IMG/VR virus record: IMGVR_UViG_2558309062_000001
Coordinates: 32,573 to 96,572 of that record
Reading direction: 5' to 3' (one strand)
DNA: 64,000 nt
Source: a virus
Lineage: Duplodnaviria > Caudoviricetes
Shown: positions 45,336 through 54,676 of the stretch, piece after piece
How the letters are laid out: each line of letters starts with the position of its first letter
Position numbering within the stretch: position 1 is the first letter of the stretch
Position numbers and translations under genes: made by a program
Notes under the pieces: model-generated
Database searches by the model: none
Told to the model about the DNA's origin: nothing
What the model saw: the letters and a program-made list of their open reading frames with translations, nothing else

Positions 45336-45649
45336 GGGCGGCGGCCCGGGCTTGCTATGAGCGCGGCCCGTCCGCTGAGCAACTGGCGGCGCTGGGGCTG
45401 ACCCTTGATGACATCGCGGAGGAGGTAGTGGAGGTCTTGCCGGATGCCTGGCCTGCCTTCCGCCTGTTCGATGCGCTGGGCACACAGTGGCGGGTGGCTT
45501 CGGGCGGCCCGTCCGGCTTGGACTACACCGCTATTCCTGCAACCGCCTCAATGCTCGGCATCAAGCGCCGCGACCTCACCGACATTTTTCCCGATCTCCG
45601 CGTCATGGAGGTTGAGGCCTTGGCCGTCATGGCCGAATCGATGGAGTAG
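45332..45649 (+). CDS. Tail chaperone T-like extension (DUF1799-like)
   Basis: TQWR....GLDY...LRVME..AL. Confidence 0.8.
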   Translation: MRAAARACYERGPSAEQLAALGLTLDDIAEEVVEVLPDAWPAFRLFDALGTQWRVASGGPSGLDYTAIPATASMLGIKRRDLTDIFPDLRVMEVEALAVMAESME

Positions 45650-45652
45650 ATC

Positions 45653-48600
45653 ATGACCACCATTGCCTCTCTCGGTCTTCAGATCGACTCCGGTGATGCC
45701 GTCGAAGCCAAGGACAACCTCGATCAGCTGACGGACGCCGGCAAGCGCAGCGAGGAGTCGGCTGGACGAACCGGGCGTGCCTGGGAGACTGCCTTGGGCA
45801 GCCTGCAGGGTGACACCCGGCAGATTGTGCAGGAGCTGCAGGCGCTCAACGCCAAGCAGACCGAGTTGGCCCAGCAGATGGCCACCGTGGGACGCGCAGT
45901 TATCAGCGCTTCCACGGCGTTCAGCAGCGCCACCGCCAACATGGGGGCGTTCCGGACTGAGGCCGCGCAGGCGGGCAAGGTGCAGGAGGCACTCACCAGC
46001 GCCACGGATGCCGGAGCCCAGGCCGGCCGGCGTGCTGCCGAGTCCGCCGACGAGCAACAGGCCAGGATTCTGGCAGTAGCCAAGGCCTCGCTGGAGGCGA
46101 GTCAGTACGTTCAGTCGCTCAACCGGGCGACCGAGCAGAGCGCCCAGGTCACCGCCCAGGCGAATGCAGTTCTTTCAGACAGTGCCAGCCGTCAGGCATC
46201 CATCAACAGTCGGGCTCAGGCCCTCATCGCCACGGAAGAGCGCCAGGCCGAGGCGGCGAAGAAGGCCGCCGGTGCACATCGGGAAGAAGGCCAGGCGCTC
46301 GAGGAGCTGCTGGGCAAGATTGACCCGACCGTCGCAGCAATGAGCCGACTGGACCAGATGGAGCAGAAGTTGAAGGGCTTCCGCACCAGTGGCGCGCTCG
46401 ATGCGGAGACCTTCGGCGAGTACCAGTCGAAGATCGACGAGGCCCGCACAGCCTTGGGCGGCGCCGATGCTGCGCTGAACAAGACCGGGATGTCGGCAAA
46501 GGCCACTGCTGCTGCACTGCGGGGTGTGCCGGCACAGTTCACCGACATCGTGGTATCCCTGCAGGGCGGACAGGCCCCGCTCACTGTGCTGCTGCAGCAG
46601 GGCGGGCAGCTAAAGGATATGTTTGGCGGTGTGGGCCCGGCCATTCAGGCACTCGGCGGCTACGTCATGGGCCTGGTGAACCCGTTCACCGTCGCGGCTG
46701 CAGCAGTGGGTGTGCTCGGTTACGCCTACTACTCGGGCAGCGAGGAGGCGGTCGGCTTCCAGAAGGAGCTGATCAAGACCGGCAACGCCGCCGGCACAAC
46801 GGCGGATCAGGTGTCTGGAATGGCTCGCCAGGTCGCGGCGACCGTCGGCACCACCGGTGCCGCAGCCGAGGTTCTCACCCAGCTGGCCGGTAGCGGCAAA
46901 ATTGCTTCGGACAGCTTCGTCGAGATTACCGAGGCAGCCCTGGAGTGGCGGTCGGCGACCGGAAAAGCGGTCGAGGAGACCGTGGCCGAGTTCGTGAAGA
47001 TCGGAAAGGATCCAGTGGCTGCAGCCAAGGACCTCAACGAGCAGTACAACTTCCTGACTGCTGCGACCTACTCGCAGATCGTTGCCTTGAAGGAGCAGGG
47101 CGACACTATTGGGGCTGCAAAGCTGCTCACCGACACCTACGTCGATACCATCAAAAACCGTAGCAATGAAGTCACCGAGAATCTGTCCATCTGGGAGCGC
47201 GGATGGAAGGCTTTGCGTGGCGAGGTTGCTGCCACGGTCGATTCGGTCAAGGACATTGGCCGGGACCAGGATATCGCGAGTCGCATCGTAGAGACGCAAC
47301 AACGAGTGGCAGCGGCGCAGAGCGCGGTGAACGGCGATCCTGACGACACCGCTGCGAAGCAAAAGCTCACGGATGCCAACCTTGAGCTCAAAGCTCTCAT
47401 TCAACAGCGAGACACGCAGCAGGCGATTGCCAAGGCACGGGAACTGGATAGCCAGCGGCAGCAGGCGGCTATCGTGGCCATCGGCAAGATCGACGCTCTG
47501 GAGAAGTCCGCAAGGACCAACGCCGAGAAGCGCGCGGATGCTCTCAAGGAGTACAACAAGTCTCTTGATGCGATCCGCAAGGTCAACCCGAATGATGAGC
47601 GGCTGAAGCCCGAGAACATCACTCGGGTGCAGGCCGACATCGCCAAGCAGTTCAAGGACCCTGCTGGGCGGACTGGTTCGGTCGACCTCTCCGGGTTCAA
47701 CGACCAGAAGAACGCGCTGAGCGCCATTCTGGCCGAGTACAAGAGCCACCAGAAGGAACTGGAAGCAGCGCAGAAGGCTGGGCTGATCTCTCAAGAGTCG
47801 TACGCCGCCCAACGGGCTGCAATCATCGAGCAGCAGAAGGCCGAGGTCACGAACGCCTACGAGGCCGAGATCACGGCGCTGGAGAGGGCCAAGGGGCGCA
47901 GCAGTACCAGCGCCCAGCAGCGAATTCAGCTCGACCAGAAAATCGCGGATGCCCGCGCCGCCATGGTCAAGGCGCAGAAGGACGCCGATACCGAGCTTTC
48001 GGTTCTGGCGACCAATGAGCAGGGCCGGCTGGCCAAGCAGGCCAGGGCGGTGCAGACCTATACCGATGCCCTTGACCAGCAGGTCTTGGCGCTGAGGCTG
48101 CAGGGGCAACGTTCAGCAGACGGCCTTGGTCTCGGTGATCGGCAGCGCGGCCTACAGGACCAGCAGAACGGTATTACCGACCGGATAAACCAGCAGCGTC
48201 TGGACTTGGCCAACCAGTATGGCGATGGCTCTCGCGGTATGAGTCTCGATGAGTACAACCAGAAGCTGGCAGCGCTGAGCAAGACCGAGAAGGACCTGCA
48301 GGAAACCACCATCGCCAACTACGACCAGATGACGGCCGCACAGGGCGACTGGCGCAAGGGGGCATCGGCAGCCTTTCAGAATTACCTGGACCAGGCACGG
48401 GATGTCGCCGGGCAGACGAAGTCCCTGTTCACCAACGCCTTCAGCTCGATGGAGGATGCGATCGTAAACTTCGCCATGACCGGCAAGTTATCGTTCACCG
48501 ACTTCACCAAGTCGATCCTTGCTGACATGGTCCGGATCGAAACGCAACGCGCTGCCTCGGGTCTCCTGGGCAGCCTGGTTAGCTGGGGTAGCACGGCTGT

Positions 48601-49054
48601 TTCTGCGTGGTTCGGCAGCGGAACCACGTCCGCAGGATCGACCCAGGCCGGGTACACCCCCCAGATCATGGACAACTTCGTCTCTGGTCAGCGCGCAGCC
48701 GGCGGTCCGGTAGCGGCGAACTCGCTCTACCAGGTAAACGAATTGGGGCCTGAACTGCTGAGCCAGGGAGGCAAGACCTATCTGATGATGGGGGAGCAGG
48801 GCGGCACCATCACCCCGCTCGGCCCTGGGCCCGCTTCACCCCTCGCTACCACGAGCACTTCGGGAACGATGATAAGCGTGTCGGCACCGGTCAACGTAGC
48901 CGTCGTAGATCGTAGTGACGAAGGCATGGAGCTCGACCAAACGCTCCTCCAGCAAAACATGCAGAAGCAGATGCAGCTCGCTGCCGAGAAGGCTGTTGCC
49001 GATTCGTGGCGACCCGGCGGGGTGAGCTATCGGAACACTAAAGGAGGGCGCTGA
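45653..49054 (+). CDS. Tape measure protein
   Basis: 1133 aa, Ala/Gln-rich; QFTDIV.SL..GQ.P..VLLQQGGQLKD. Confidence 0.93.
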   Translation: MTTIASLGLQIDSGDAVEAKDNLDQLTDAGKRSEESAGRTGRAWETALGSLQGDTRQIVQELQALNAKQTELAQQMATVGRAVISASTAFSSATANMGAFRTEAAQAGKVQEALTSATDAGAQAGRRAAESADEQQARILAVAKASLEASQYVQSLNRATEQSAQVTAQANAVLSDSASRQASINSRAQALIATEERQAEAAKKAAGAHREEGQALEELLGKIDPTVAAMSRLDQMEQKLKGFRTSGALDAETFGEYQSKIDEARTALGGADAALNKTGMSAKATAAALRGVPAQFTDIVVSLQGGQAPLTVLLQQGGQLKDMFGGVGPAIQALGGYVMGLVNPFTVAAAAVGVLGYAYYSGSEEAVGFQKELIKTGNAAGTTADQVSGMARQVAATVGTTGAAAEVLTQLAGSGKIASDSFVEITEAALEWRSATGKAVEETVAEFVKIGKDPVAAAKDLNEQYNFLTAATYSQIVALKEQGDTIGAAKLLTDTYVDTIKNRSNEVTENLSIWERGWKALRGEVAATVDSVKDIGRDQDIASRIVETQQRVAAAQSAVNGDPDDTAAKQKLTDANLELKALIQQRDTQQAIAKARELDSQRQQAAIVAIGKIDALEKSARTNAEKRADALKEYNKSLDAIRKVNPNDERLKPENITRVQADIAKQFKDPAGRTGSVDLSGFNDQKNALSAILAEYKSHQKELEAAQKAGLISQESYAAQRAAIIEQQKAEVTNAYEAEITALERAKGRSSTSAQQRIQLDQKIADARAAMVKAQKDADTELSVLATNEQGRLAKQARAVQTYTDALDQQVLALRLQGQRSADGLGLGDRQRGLQDQQNGITDRINQQRLDLANQYGDGSRGMSLDEYNQKLAALSKTEKDLQETTIANYDQMTAAQGDWRKGASAAFQNYLDQARDVAGQTKSLFTNAFSSMEDAIVNFAMTGKLSFTDFTKSILADMVRIETQRAASGLLGSLVSWGSTAVSAWFGSGTTSAGSTQAGYTPQIMDNFVSGQRAAGGPVAANSLYQVNELGPELLSQGGKTYLMMGEQGGTITPLGPGPASPLATTSTSGTMISVSAPVNVAVVDRSDEGMELDQTLLQQNMQKQMQLAAEKAVADSWRPGGVSYRNTKGGR

Positions 49055-49392
49055 TGGCCATCGAGACGTTCAGCTGGCCGACGCAGCGCGGCGAAACGCC
49101 GGACATCACTTACCGGGTCCGGGAGTCCAAGTTCGGCGGCGGGTACCGGCAGGTGGTGGGCGACGGCCCCAACAACAAGGAAGACAGCTACCCGATCACC
49201 GTAACCGGCACGAAGGCACAGGTCCGCAAGGTCATGGAGTTCTTCGATCGGCACGGCGGCGCGAAGGCCTTTCTGTGGTCCACTCCGCTCGGTGATTTGG
49301 GCCTGTTTACCTGCACCGATCCGAAGCCCACGCCCGTGGGTGGCGGTCGGTTCAAGGTCTCCGCAACCTTTGAGCGGGCATTCCACCCATAA
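49054..49392 (+). CDS. Minor tail protein M-like
   Basis: ETFSW..FGGGYRQ..GPN..FLW. Confidence 0.88.
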   Translation: MAIETFSWPTQRGETPDITYRVRESKFGGGYRQVVGDGPNNKEDSYPITVTGTKAQVRKVMEFFDRHGGAKAFLWSTPLGDLGLFTCTDPKPTPVGGGRFKVSATFERAFHP

Positions 49393-49401
49393 GGACGTCG
49401 C

Positions 49402-50151
49402 ATGTCACTGATCAAGGACATCCAGACCCTGGAGCCTGGCAGCGAGGTACTGCTGTTTGAGCTGGATGGCTCGGACTTCGGTGCCGATATTCTGCGGTTT
49501 CACGGGCATGCAATACCGCACACGCCAGAGGAGCTGGCCGCCGCCGGCGTAAATGCCGATCAACTGCCGGCCAAGTCCATCTGGTGGCAGGGCAACGAGT
49601 ATGGCGCCTGGCCCATGCAGATCGAGGGCATCGAAGCGAACTCGGACGGTACGGCCGTGCGCCCCACGCTGAGCGTCGGCAACGTCAACGGCCGGATCAC
49701 AGCCCTGTGCCTGGCCTTCGACAACCTGCTCGAGTTCAAGCTAACCATGCGTCACACGATGGCGCGGTACCTGGATGCGGTGAACTTTCCGGCAGGCAAC
49801 CAGGAGGCCGACCCGACCGAGGAAGCCATTGAGGTCTGGTACATCGACCAGAAGGTGTCCGAGAACGGCACCACTGTGTCTTGGGAGCTGGCCAGCCCGG
49901 GCGATGTGGGCGGTGAGACGATCGGCCGGCAGATGACCCAGCTATGCCACTGGGCAATGACTGCCGGTTACCGCGGTCCGAACTGCGGATACACCGGCCC
50001 TTACTACGACTTGGACGGCAACCCCACGGATGACCCGGCCAAGGACCAATGCAACGGCTGCCTCGACTCAGGCTGTACCGTTCGCTTCGGTCAGGGCAAC
50101 CAGCTGCCCTTTGGCGGCTTCCCGGCTGTTTCCCTTATCGCACGGAGCTGA
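49402..50151 (+). CDS. Minor tail protein L-like
   Basis: Four-Cys C-terminus; PFGGFP. Confidence 0.9.
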   Translation: MSLIKDIQTLEPGSEVLLFELDGSDFGADILRFHGHAIPHTPEELAAAGVNADQLPAKSIWWQGNEYGAWPMQIEGIEANSDGTAVRPTLSVGNVNGRITALCLAFDNLLEFKLTMRHTMARYLDAVNFPAGNQEADPTEEAIEVWYIDQKVSENGTTVSWELASPGDVGGETIGRQMTQLCHWAMTAGYRGPNCGYTGPYYDLDGNPTDDPAKDQCNGCLDSGCTVRFGQGNQLPFGGFPAVSLIARS

Positions 50152-50153
50152 CC

Positions 50154-50909
50154 ATGCGCAAACACATCCTGGCTGCCGTGCAAGCGCACGCTGCGGCGGA
50201 ATATCCGCGGGAGTGTTGCGGGCTGCTCATCGCCGTGGGGCGAGCGCAGCGGTATATCCCGTGCGACAACACCGCTACCGATCCTACAGAGGAGTTCCGG
50301 ATCTCACCGGAGCAGTACGCGGCTGCAGAAGACCAGGGTGAGGTGATCGGCATCGTGCACTCGCATCCAGATGCCACCAGCAGGCCTTCGTCCCGCGATC
50401 TGGCGATGTGCGAGGCCACGGCGCTGCCCTGGTACATCCTGTCGTGGCCGGAGGGTGACCTGCGCACCGTTACGCCCACCGGTCACGCACCGCTGCTCGG
50501 GCGGCCGTTCGTGCACGGCGCTTGGGACTGCTGGCAAGTCTGCGCGGACTGGTACCAGCGTGAGTGGGGCCTGGCTTTCCCGTCCTACACCCGAGAAGAG
50601 GGCTGGTGGGAGCAGGCGGACGGCCCGAGCCTTTACGAGCAGGCCTATGAGGCGGCGGGCTTCTACCAGGTCAGCCAGCCGCAACGCGGCGACATGATCG
50701 TCATGGCCGTGGGCCGCACGGCTCACCCGAACCACGCTGGCATTTACCTGGGCGCCAACGCTCAGTTGCCGGGTGAAGCGGCGGACATCTTCGGACCAGG
50801 CCCATTCATGCTACACCACCTGCACGGCAGGCCATCAGAAATCATCGTGTTCGGCGGGCCTTGGCTCGACCGGACGCGCCTTGTGTTGCGTCATCGAGAC
50901 GCGAAGTGA
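50154..50909 (+). CDS. Tail tip protein K-like (JAB + NlpC/P60)
   Basis: YPRECCG, VHSHPD, DCW, NHAGIYLG. Confidence 0.9.
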   Translation: MRKHILAAVQAHAAAEYPRECCGLLIAVGRAQRYIPCDNTATDPTEEFRISPEQYAAAEDQGEVIGIVHSHPDATSRPSSRDLAMCEATALPWYILSWPEGDLRTVTPTGHAPLLGRPFVHGAWDCWQVCADWYQREWGLAFPSYTREEGWWEQADGPSLYEQAYEAAGFYQVSQPQRGDMIVMAVGRTAHPNHAGIYLGANAQLPGEAADIFGPGPFMLHHLHGRPSEIIVFGGPWLDRTRLVLRHRDAK

Positions 50910-50933
50910 CGCGGCCAGCCCGCAGGAGTGCGT

Positions 50934-51137
50934 ATGAGCAAGACCGTTGAGACCTTCCACTATCGGATCGAGAGGTTCAATTTAAGCCAGGCGGAGATCA
51001 TTGCCGCACTTCGTCTAAAGTACGGCAATGATCCTTCCTTCGCTGACGGGAAAATGACCGCTGCCCATTTGGAAACGCTGTTTCCGCAGGTTCCTGGTTA
51101 CGGGGAGCTGGGCATTGAGTTCACCGTGGAACTTTAG
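50934..51137 (+). CDS. Hypothetical protein (67 aa)
   Basis: AGGAG RBS. Confidence 0.55.
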   Translation: MSKTVETFHYRIERFNLSQAEIIAALRLKYGNDPSFADGKMTAAHLETLFPQVPGYGELGIEFTVEL

Positions 51138-51346
51138 TCGGCTTTCTCGACCGACTTAGCCGACTCCAGGCTCTTTTCAACCACGACCAGCCTTGCATCG
51201 ATGTCCAAGATGGCTGCGGTAAGTCGATTGAAGCAGTCTGCGGCGCTTTGTGGATCAGGTCTGTTGGTGCCAGAGGCACGCAGAGCCTGATTTATCTTGC
51301 GCGTTGCCGAATTCAGCTCATCGATAACCTTCTTGCTATTTTGCAT
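51134..51346 (-). CDS. Hypothetical protein (70 aa), antisense
   Basis: Helical ORF, convergent with the previous gene; structured 5' leader. Confidence 0.5.
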   Translation of the reverse strand: MQNSKKVIDELNSATRKINQALRASGTNRPDPQSAADCFNRLTAAILDIDARLVVVEKSLESAKSVEKAD

Positions 51347-51526
51347 CTCATTTCCCTTGCTTGTGCTTGCCCCAGTCCATGGGCTTTCCGGCAATGGACC
51401 GGGGCGGTTCATTGGGAGGCATAACGCTACTACGCGCAGGGTTGCCGCGTGTACTGGCTTTCCGTCCAGCTCGGACGGCCTAGGGTCGTTCGGCTATCCT
51501 AGGTCTTTCTCTTTTGGATCAAACGG

Positions 51527-52012
51527 ATGGAAATAGGGAAGGTTTCACTAGTCGACGCGATCACTTTGCTGATAGCGCTTTTAAGCCTGTTCGTAGCTTG
51601 GTGGGCACTCAAAAGGACAAGGATGACTGAGCTCTTTACCCTGCGCCAGAGCGTAGTGACCAAGGCTGAGCAAGCACGATCGGAATGGCACAAGCTTAAT
51701 ATGGAAAACGAATCCCTGATCAGGGATGTGAGACATCGATTCACTGCCAGATTGCCTGAGGTGGCTGCTCTGTTGGATTTCCTAATAGATCAACGGGAAC
51801 ACTTTGCGCTTTGCCTTCGAGATTCTGCTGCTCTAGCAGAGGATGTCCATGCCACCGTGGACACATTCAATGAGAAGAAATGCCGACTCTACCTCCGGGA
51901 TATTGAGCCAAGTCTCGAAATGCTGGCACGCAATCAGGGTGTGTCGACTAAGAGGTACGAGGAGATCTTGCGCCGAATGCAGGATTCCACCACCTCCAAG
52001 CCTATTTTCTAG
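51527..52012 (+). CDS. N-terminal TM helical protein (moron)
   Basis: AITLLIALLSLFVAWW; lower GC. Confidence 0.7.
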   Translation: MEIGKVSLVDAITLLIALLSLFVAWWALKRTRMTELFTLRQSVVTKAEQARSEWHKLNMENESLIRDVRHRFTARLPEVAALLDFLIDQREHFALCLRDSAALAEDVHATVDTFNEKKCRLYLRDIEPSLEMLARNQGVSTKRYEEILRRMQDSTTSKPIF

Positions 52013-52126
52013 ACATTTCAATCCGGCTTTCTGTCCAGGGCGGATGTGAAGACGGAATCAAGCATATGACTCTTTCACGGTGGGAGGACGCGTTGCTATG
52101 ATCCGGGCGCGCTGGGAGGTGCCCAC

Positions 52127-52717
52127 ATGGAAGAGATTTCTACGCAAGCCGTCACATTACTGCAGACGCTGTTGCCTGGTTTTATTACGACGATGATTTT
52201 CTATTGGCTAGCGGACGCGCCCAAGCCAAGCCAGTTTGAAAGAATCATCCAGGCTTTGATCTGTAGTGGAATCATTAAACTGTCGGTAGACGGGTTGATG
52301 AATGTCTTCTTATGGATGGGGAAATGGTGGTATATCTCGACTTGGACCTCAACCGTTGAGACAATTTGGACTACGGGGCTGGCCGTAGCCTCCGGTCTGA
52401 GCCTCGCTTGGTTCGCCTACAATGACACCCTGTATAGGTGGATGAGACATCGTAGGTTCACATCCAGAAGCTCCACCTTAGTCCAAGAGTGGAGCTGGGC
52501 ATTTCTAAATTACCAAGGGAGGTTTGTCGTACTGAACCTCCTGGATGGCAGGCGGCTGATGGGCTTTCCTAGGGCTTGGCCGAGCGATCATGAGAAGGGG
52601 CACTTTGTGATTGAGAACCCATACTGGCTGGAGGGCGATGGCATGAGAGAATACGGTGGAGTGACGAGTGTACTCATCGCCAATGCCGACGTACTATGGG
52701 TTGAATTCTTGGACTAG
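52127..52717 (+). CDS. DUF6338-like membrane protein
   Basis: LLPGF..FERIIQAL, TMs, VVLNLLDGRRLMG.P..WPS, I..ADV.WVEF. Confidence 0.75.
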   Translation: MEEISTQAVTLLQTLLPGFITTMIFYWLADAPKPSQFERIIQALICSGIIKLSVDGLMNVFLWMGKWWYISTWTSTVETIWTTGLAVASGLSLAWFAYNDTLYRWMRHRRFTSRSSTLVQEWSWAFLNYQGRFVVLNLLDGRRLMGFPRAWPSDHEKGHFVIENPYWLEGDGMREYGGVTSVLIANADVLWVEFLD

Positions 52718-52731
52718 CCTGAGGAGGCCGT

Positions 52732-52920
52732 ATGTCAGATAGGTCTATTCGTAAGCCTACCCTCGAAGAGGGGCGAGTGTCTCAGGAGGGCCTCAACATC
52801 AATCGTAATCCGGACGGCCGCATTCGCCCGCCACAGGCGCCCTCATCCCCACCGAGTCCTAGACGGAACTGGAACGACGAAAGCGATTCAGAGCGCCGTC
52901 GAGACAGGTACAGCGATTGA
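52732..52920 (+). CDS. Small Pro-rich disordered peptide
   Basis: GAGGAGG RBS; terminator follows at 52929. Confidence 0.65.
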   Translation: MSDRSIRKPTLEEGRVSQEGLNINRNPDGRIRPPQAPSSPPSPRRNWNDESDSERRRDRYSD

Positions 52921-52928
52921 CGATAACT

Positions 52929-52954
52929 AGCCCAGCCTCGCGCTGGGCTTTTTG
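52929..52954 (+). terminator. Terminator (repeat copy A)
   Basis: AGCCCAGC-ctcgc-GCTGGGCT-TTTT. Confidence 0.75.
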
Positions 52955-53017
52955 CATCTGACAGCTCGCGGATGGCGCTTGTGATATCGTTTTGCCTCTA
53001 AGCAATGGAGGCATTCG

Positions 53018-53446
53018 ATGAGAGTCAAAAATTGGGACGGCTGGGAGCCTGAGTGGCTGAAGCTCGTAGATCATTATCAGAGCGCGCCGCCAGTACCTGG
53101 TGTGTACATCATCTGTGCAGACCGTGCTATCGCGAGAGCGGTGAGCATTGACGATAACGGTATTTTGACTGTCGGAGAGTCAGACAACCTCAAGCGCCGT
53201 CTTGCAGCATTCGTTCGATGTGCGCGTACAAAAGGCGCTACCGGCCACATGGCAGGATGGCGGTTCAGCTTCGCTTCCTTCGAAAAAATGTTCCCGCTGG
53301 ACACGCTTTGGGTGAGCTGGTATCCCACTGTCGACAAAGCAGCGGCATACGCGAAGGAAGGCGAGATGCTGGGCCTGTATCTGGCAGAGCACTACGAACT
53401 ACCTCCGTTGAACTACAAGTTCAACTGGTCTCCCCAGGAGCAGTGA
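53018..53446 (+). CDS. GIY-YIG-like nuclease
   Basis: PGVYII...LTVGESDNLKRRL...E..ML..Y...PPLN. Confidence 0.7.
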   Translation: MRVKNWDGWEPEWLKLVDHYQSAPPVPGVYIICADRAIARAVSIDDNGILTVGESDNLKRRLAAFVRCARTKGATGHMAGWRFSFASFEKMFPLDTLWVSWYPTVDKAAAYAKEGEMLGLYLAEHYELPPLNYKFNWSPQEQ

Positions 53447-53452
53447 TCGCGG

Positions 53453-53476
53453 AGCCCAGCCATGCGCTGGGCTTTT
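53453..53476 (+). terminator. Terminator (repeat copy B)
   Basis: AGCCCAGC-catgc-GCTGGGCT-TTT. Confidence 0.75.
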
Positions 53477-53574
53477 GCACCTGGCGCCAACTTCAAGGTC
53501 ACGCCACTGGCTTTCCCCCGCTGGATACCTGGCCAGCCCGGCTGCTACAGTCCCGGATTTCAAGGAGGGATCAC

Positions 53575-53994
53575 ATGCGAATTCTGATCGTCGCCGCAAG
53601 CCTGGCGATGCTGGTTGGTTGCGCTACATCGCCAGTTCCTGAGGGCGAAGCTGAGAGCGCACCGGGAAATAGGGTCACCGCTTACCAAGCTGAAGTAGCC
53701 GAAGGCGGGACGATAATTGTGACGCGGGATAGCGGGTTTCCAGGTGGTGGATGCTTTGCAACCGTCTACCTCAACGGTAAGCCAGTGGCTCGGCTAAATC
53801 CGAAAGAAAAAGCTCATTTCAACGTGCCAGCCGGGGAGTGGATGGTCGGTGCTGCTCTTGATGGCAAAGGCCTCTGTGGACTGAACTCAGAACGCCTAGA
53901 AGCAGAGGCGCTGATCAAGCCTGGGCAGACAAAAAAATATCGAGTGCACACATCCGCAAATGGCGATGTGAGTGTTAAACCAACTACGTTTTAA
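53575..53994 (+). CDS. Lipoprotein moron
   Basis: Lipobox LVGC; AGGAGG RBS; terminator at ~53997. Confidence 0.8.
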   Translation: MRILIVAASLAMLVGCATSPVPEGEAESAPGNRVTAYQAEVAEGGTIIVTRDSGFPGGGCFATVYLNGKPVARLNPKEKAHFNVPAGEWMVGAALDGKGLCGLNSERLEAEALIKPGQTKKYRVHTSANGDVSVKPTTF

Positions 53995-54036
53995 ACAGCC
54001 GCCTTCGGGCGGTTTTTTAATGCCTGAGGAATCACG

Positions 54037-54621
54037 ATGGCCGCATTAGCTGCGTACTACGAGCCGATGACAGTTATTAAGCTCTCTGGATCTCTCGCTC
54101 AGAAATTCGGGCGAGTGCATCGCAGAATGTTAGAGAAGGGAACGACCTTTGAAGCATTCAGCGCCCTTAAGGCAACGCTTGATGGGTTCGAGGATGAGGT
54201 AAAGCGGCTCAATGGGCTGGGAATGCGGTTTGCCATTTTCCGAAATCGAAAGAACGCTGGCATGGATGATATGGGGCGCTGCGGTACTCGGGAGGTGCGC
54301 ATAGTTCCCGTGGTGGAAGGGAGCAAGCGCGGCGGAGTACTCCAGACGATAGTAGGGGCCGTTTTGATTGCGGCCAGCTTTTTCGGTGCACCAACCTTGC
54401 AGATAGGTATTGCCCTTGTAGCCGGTGGCGTCATCCAGATGCTCAGCCCCCAGGCCAAGGGCCTATCCCAGAGCGCTGCGCCAGAAAACCTGCCTTCCTA
54501 CGCCTTCGGATCAGCCAAGAACACCATTGCCAGCGGCAACCCTGTCCCTATTTGCATCGGCAAGCGCCGCTGGGGCGGGGCGATCATTTCGGCTTCCATC
54601 TACGCCGAAGACCAAACCTGA
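54037..54621 (+). CDS. Tail assembly protein I-like
   Basis: IKLSGSLAQKFGR, VRIVPVVEGSK, PSYAF..ASGNPVP. Confidence 0.9.
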   Translation: MAALAAYYEPMTVIKLSGSLAQKFGRVHRRMLEKGTTFEAFSALKATLDGFEDEVKRLNGLGMRFAIFRNRKNAGMDDMGRCGTREVRIVPVVEGSKRGGVLQTIVGAVLIAASFFGAPTLQIGIALVAGGVIQMLSPQAKGLSQSAAPENLPSYAFGSAKNTIASGNPVPICIGKRRWGGAIISASIYAEDQT

Positions 54622-54676
54622 TTTAACGCAGCGACCAAGCCGCCTCCGGGCGGCTTTTTAATGCCTGGAGGAAAGC

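Noticed and set aside
45263-45649. Pseudogene in the tail chaperone region
   Set aside because: Explained by the canonical lambda G/GT-type -1 programmed frameshift.
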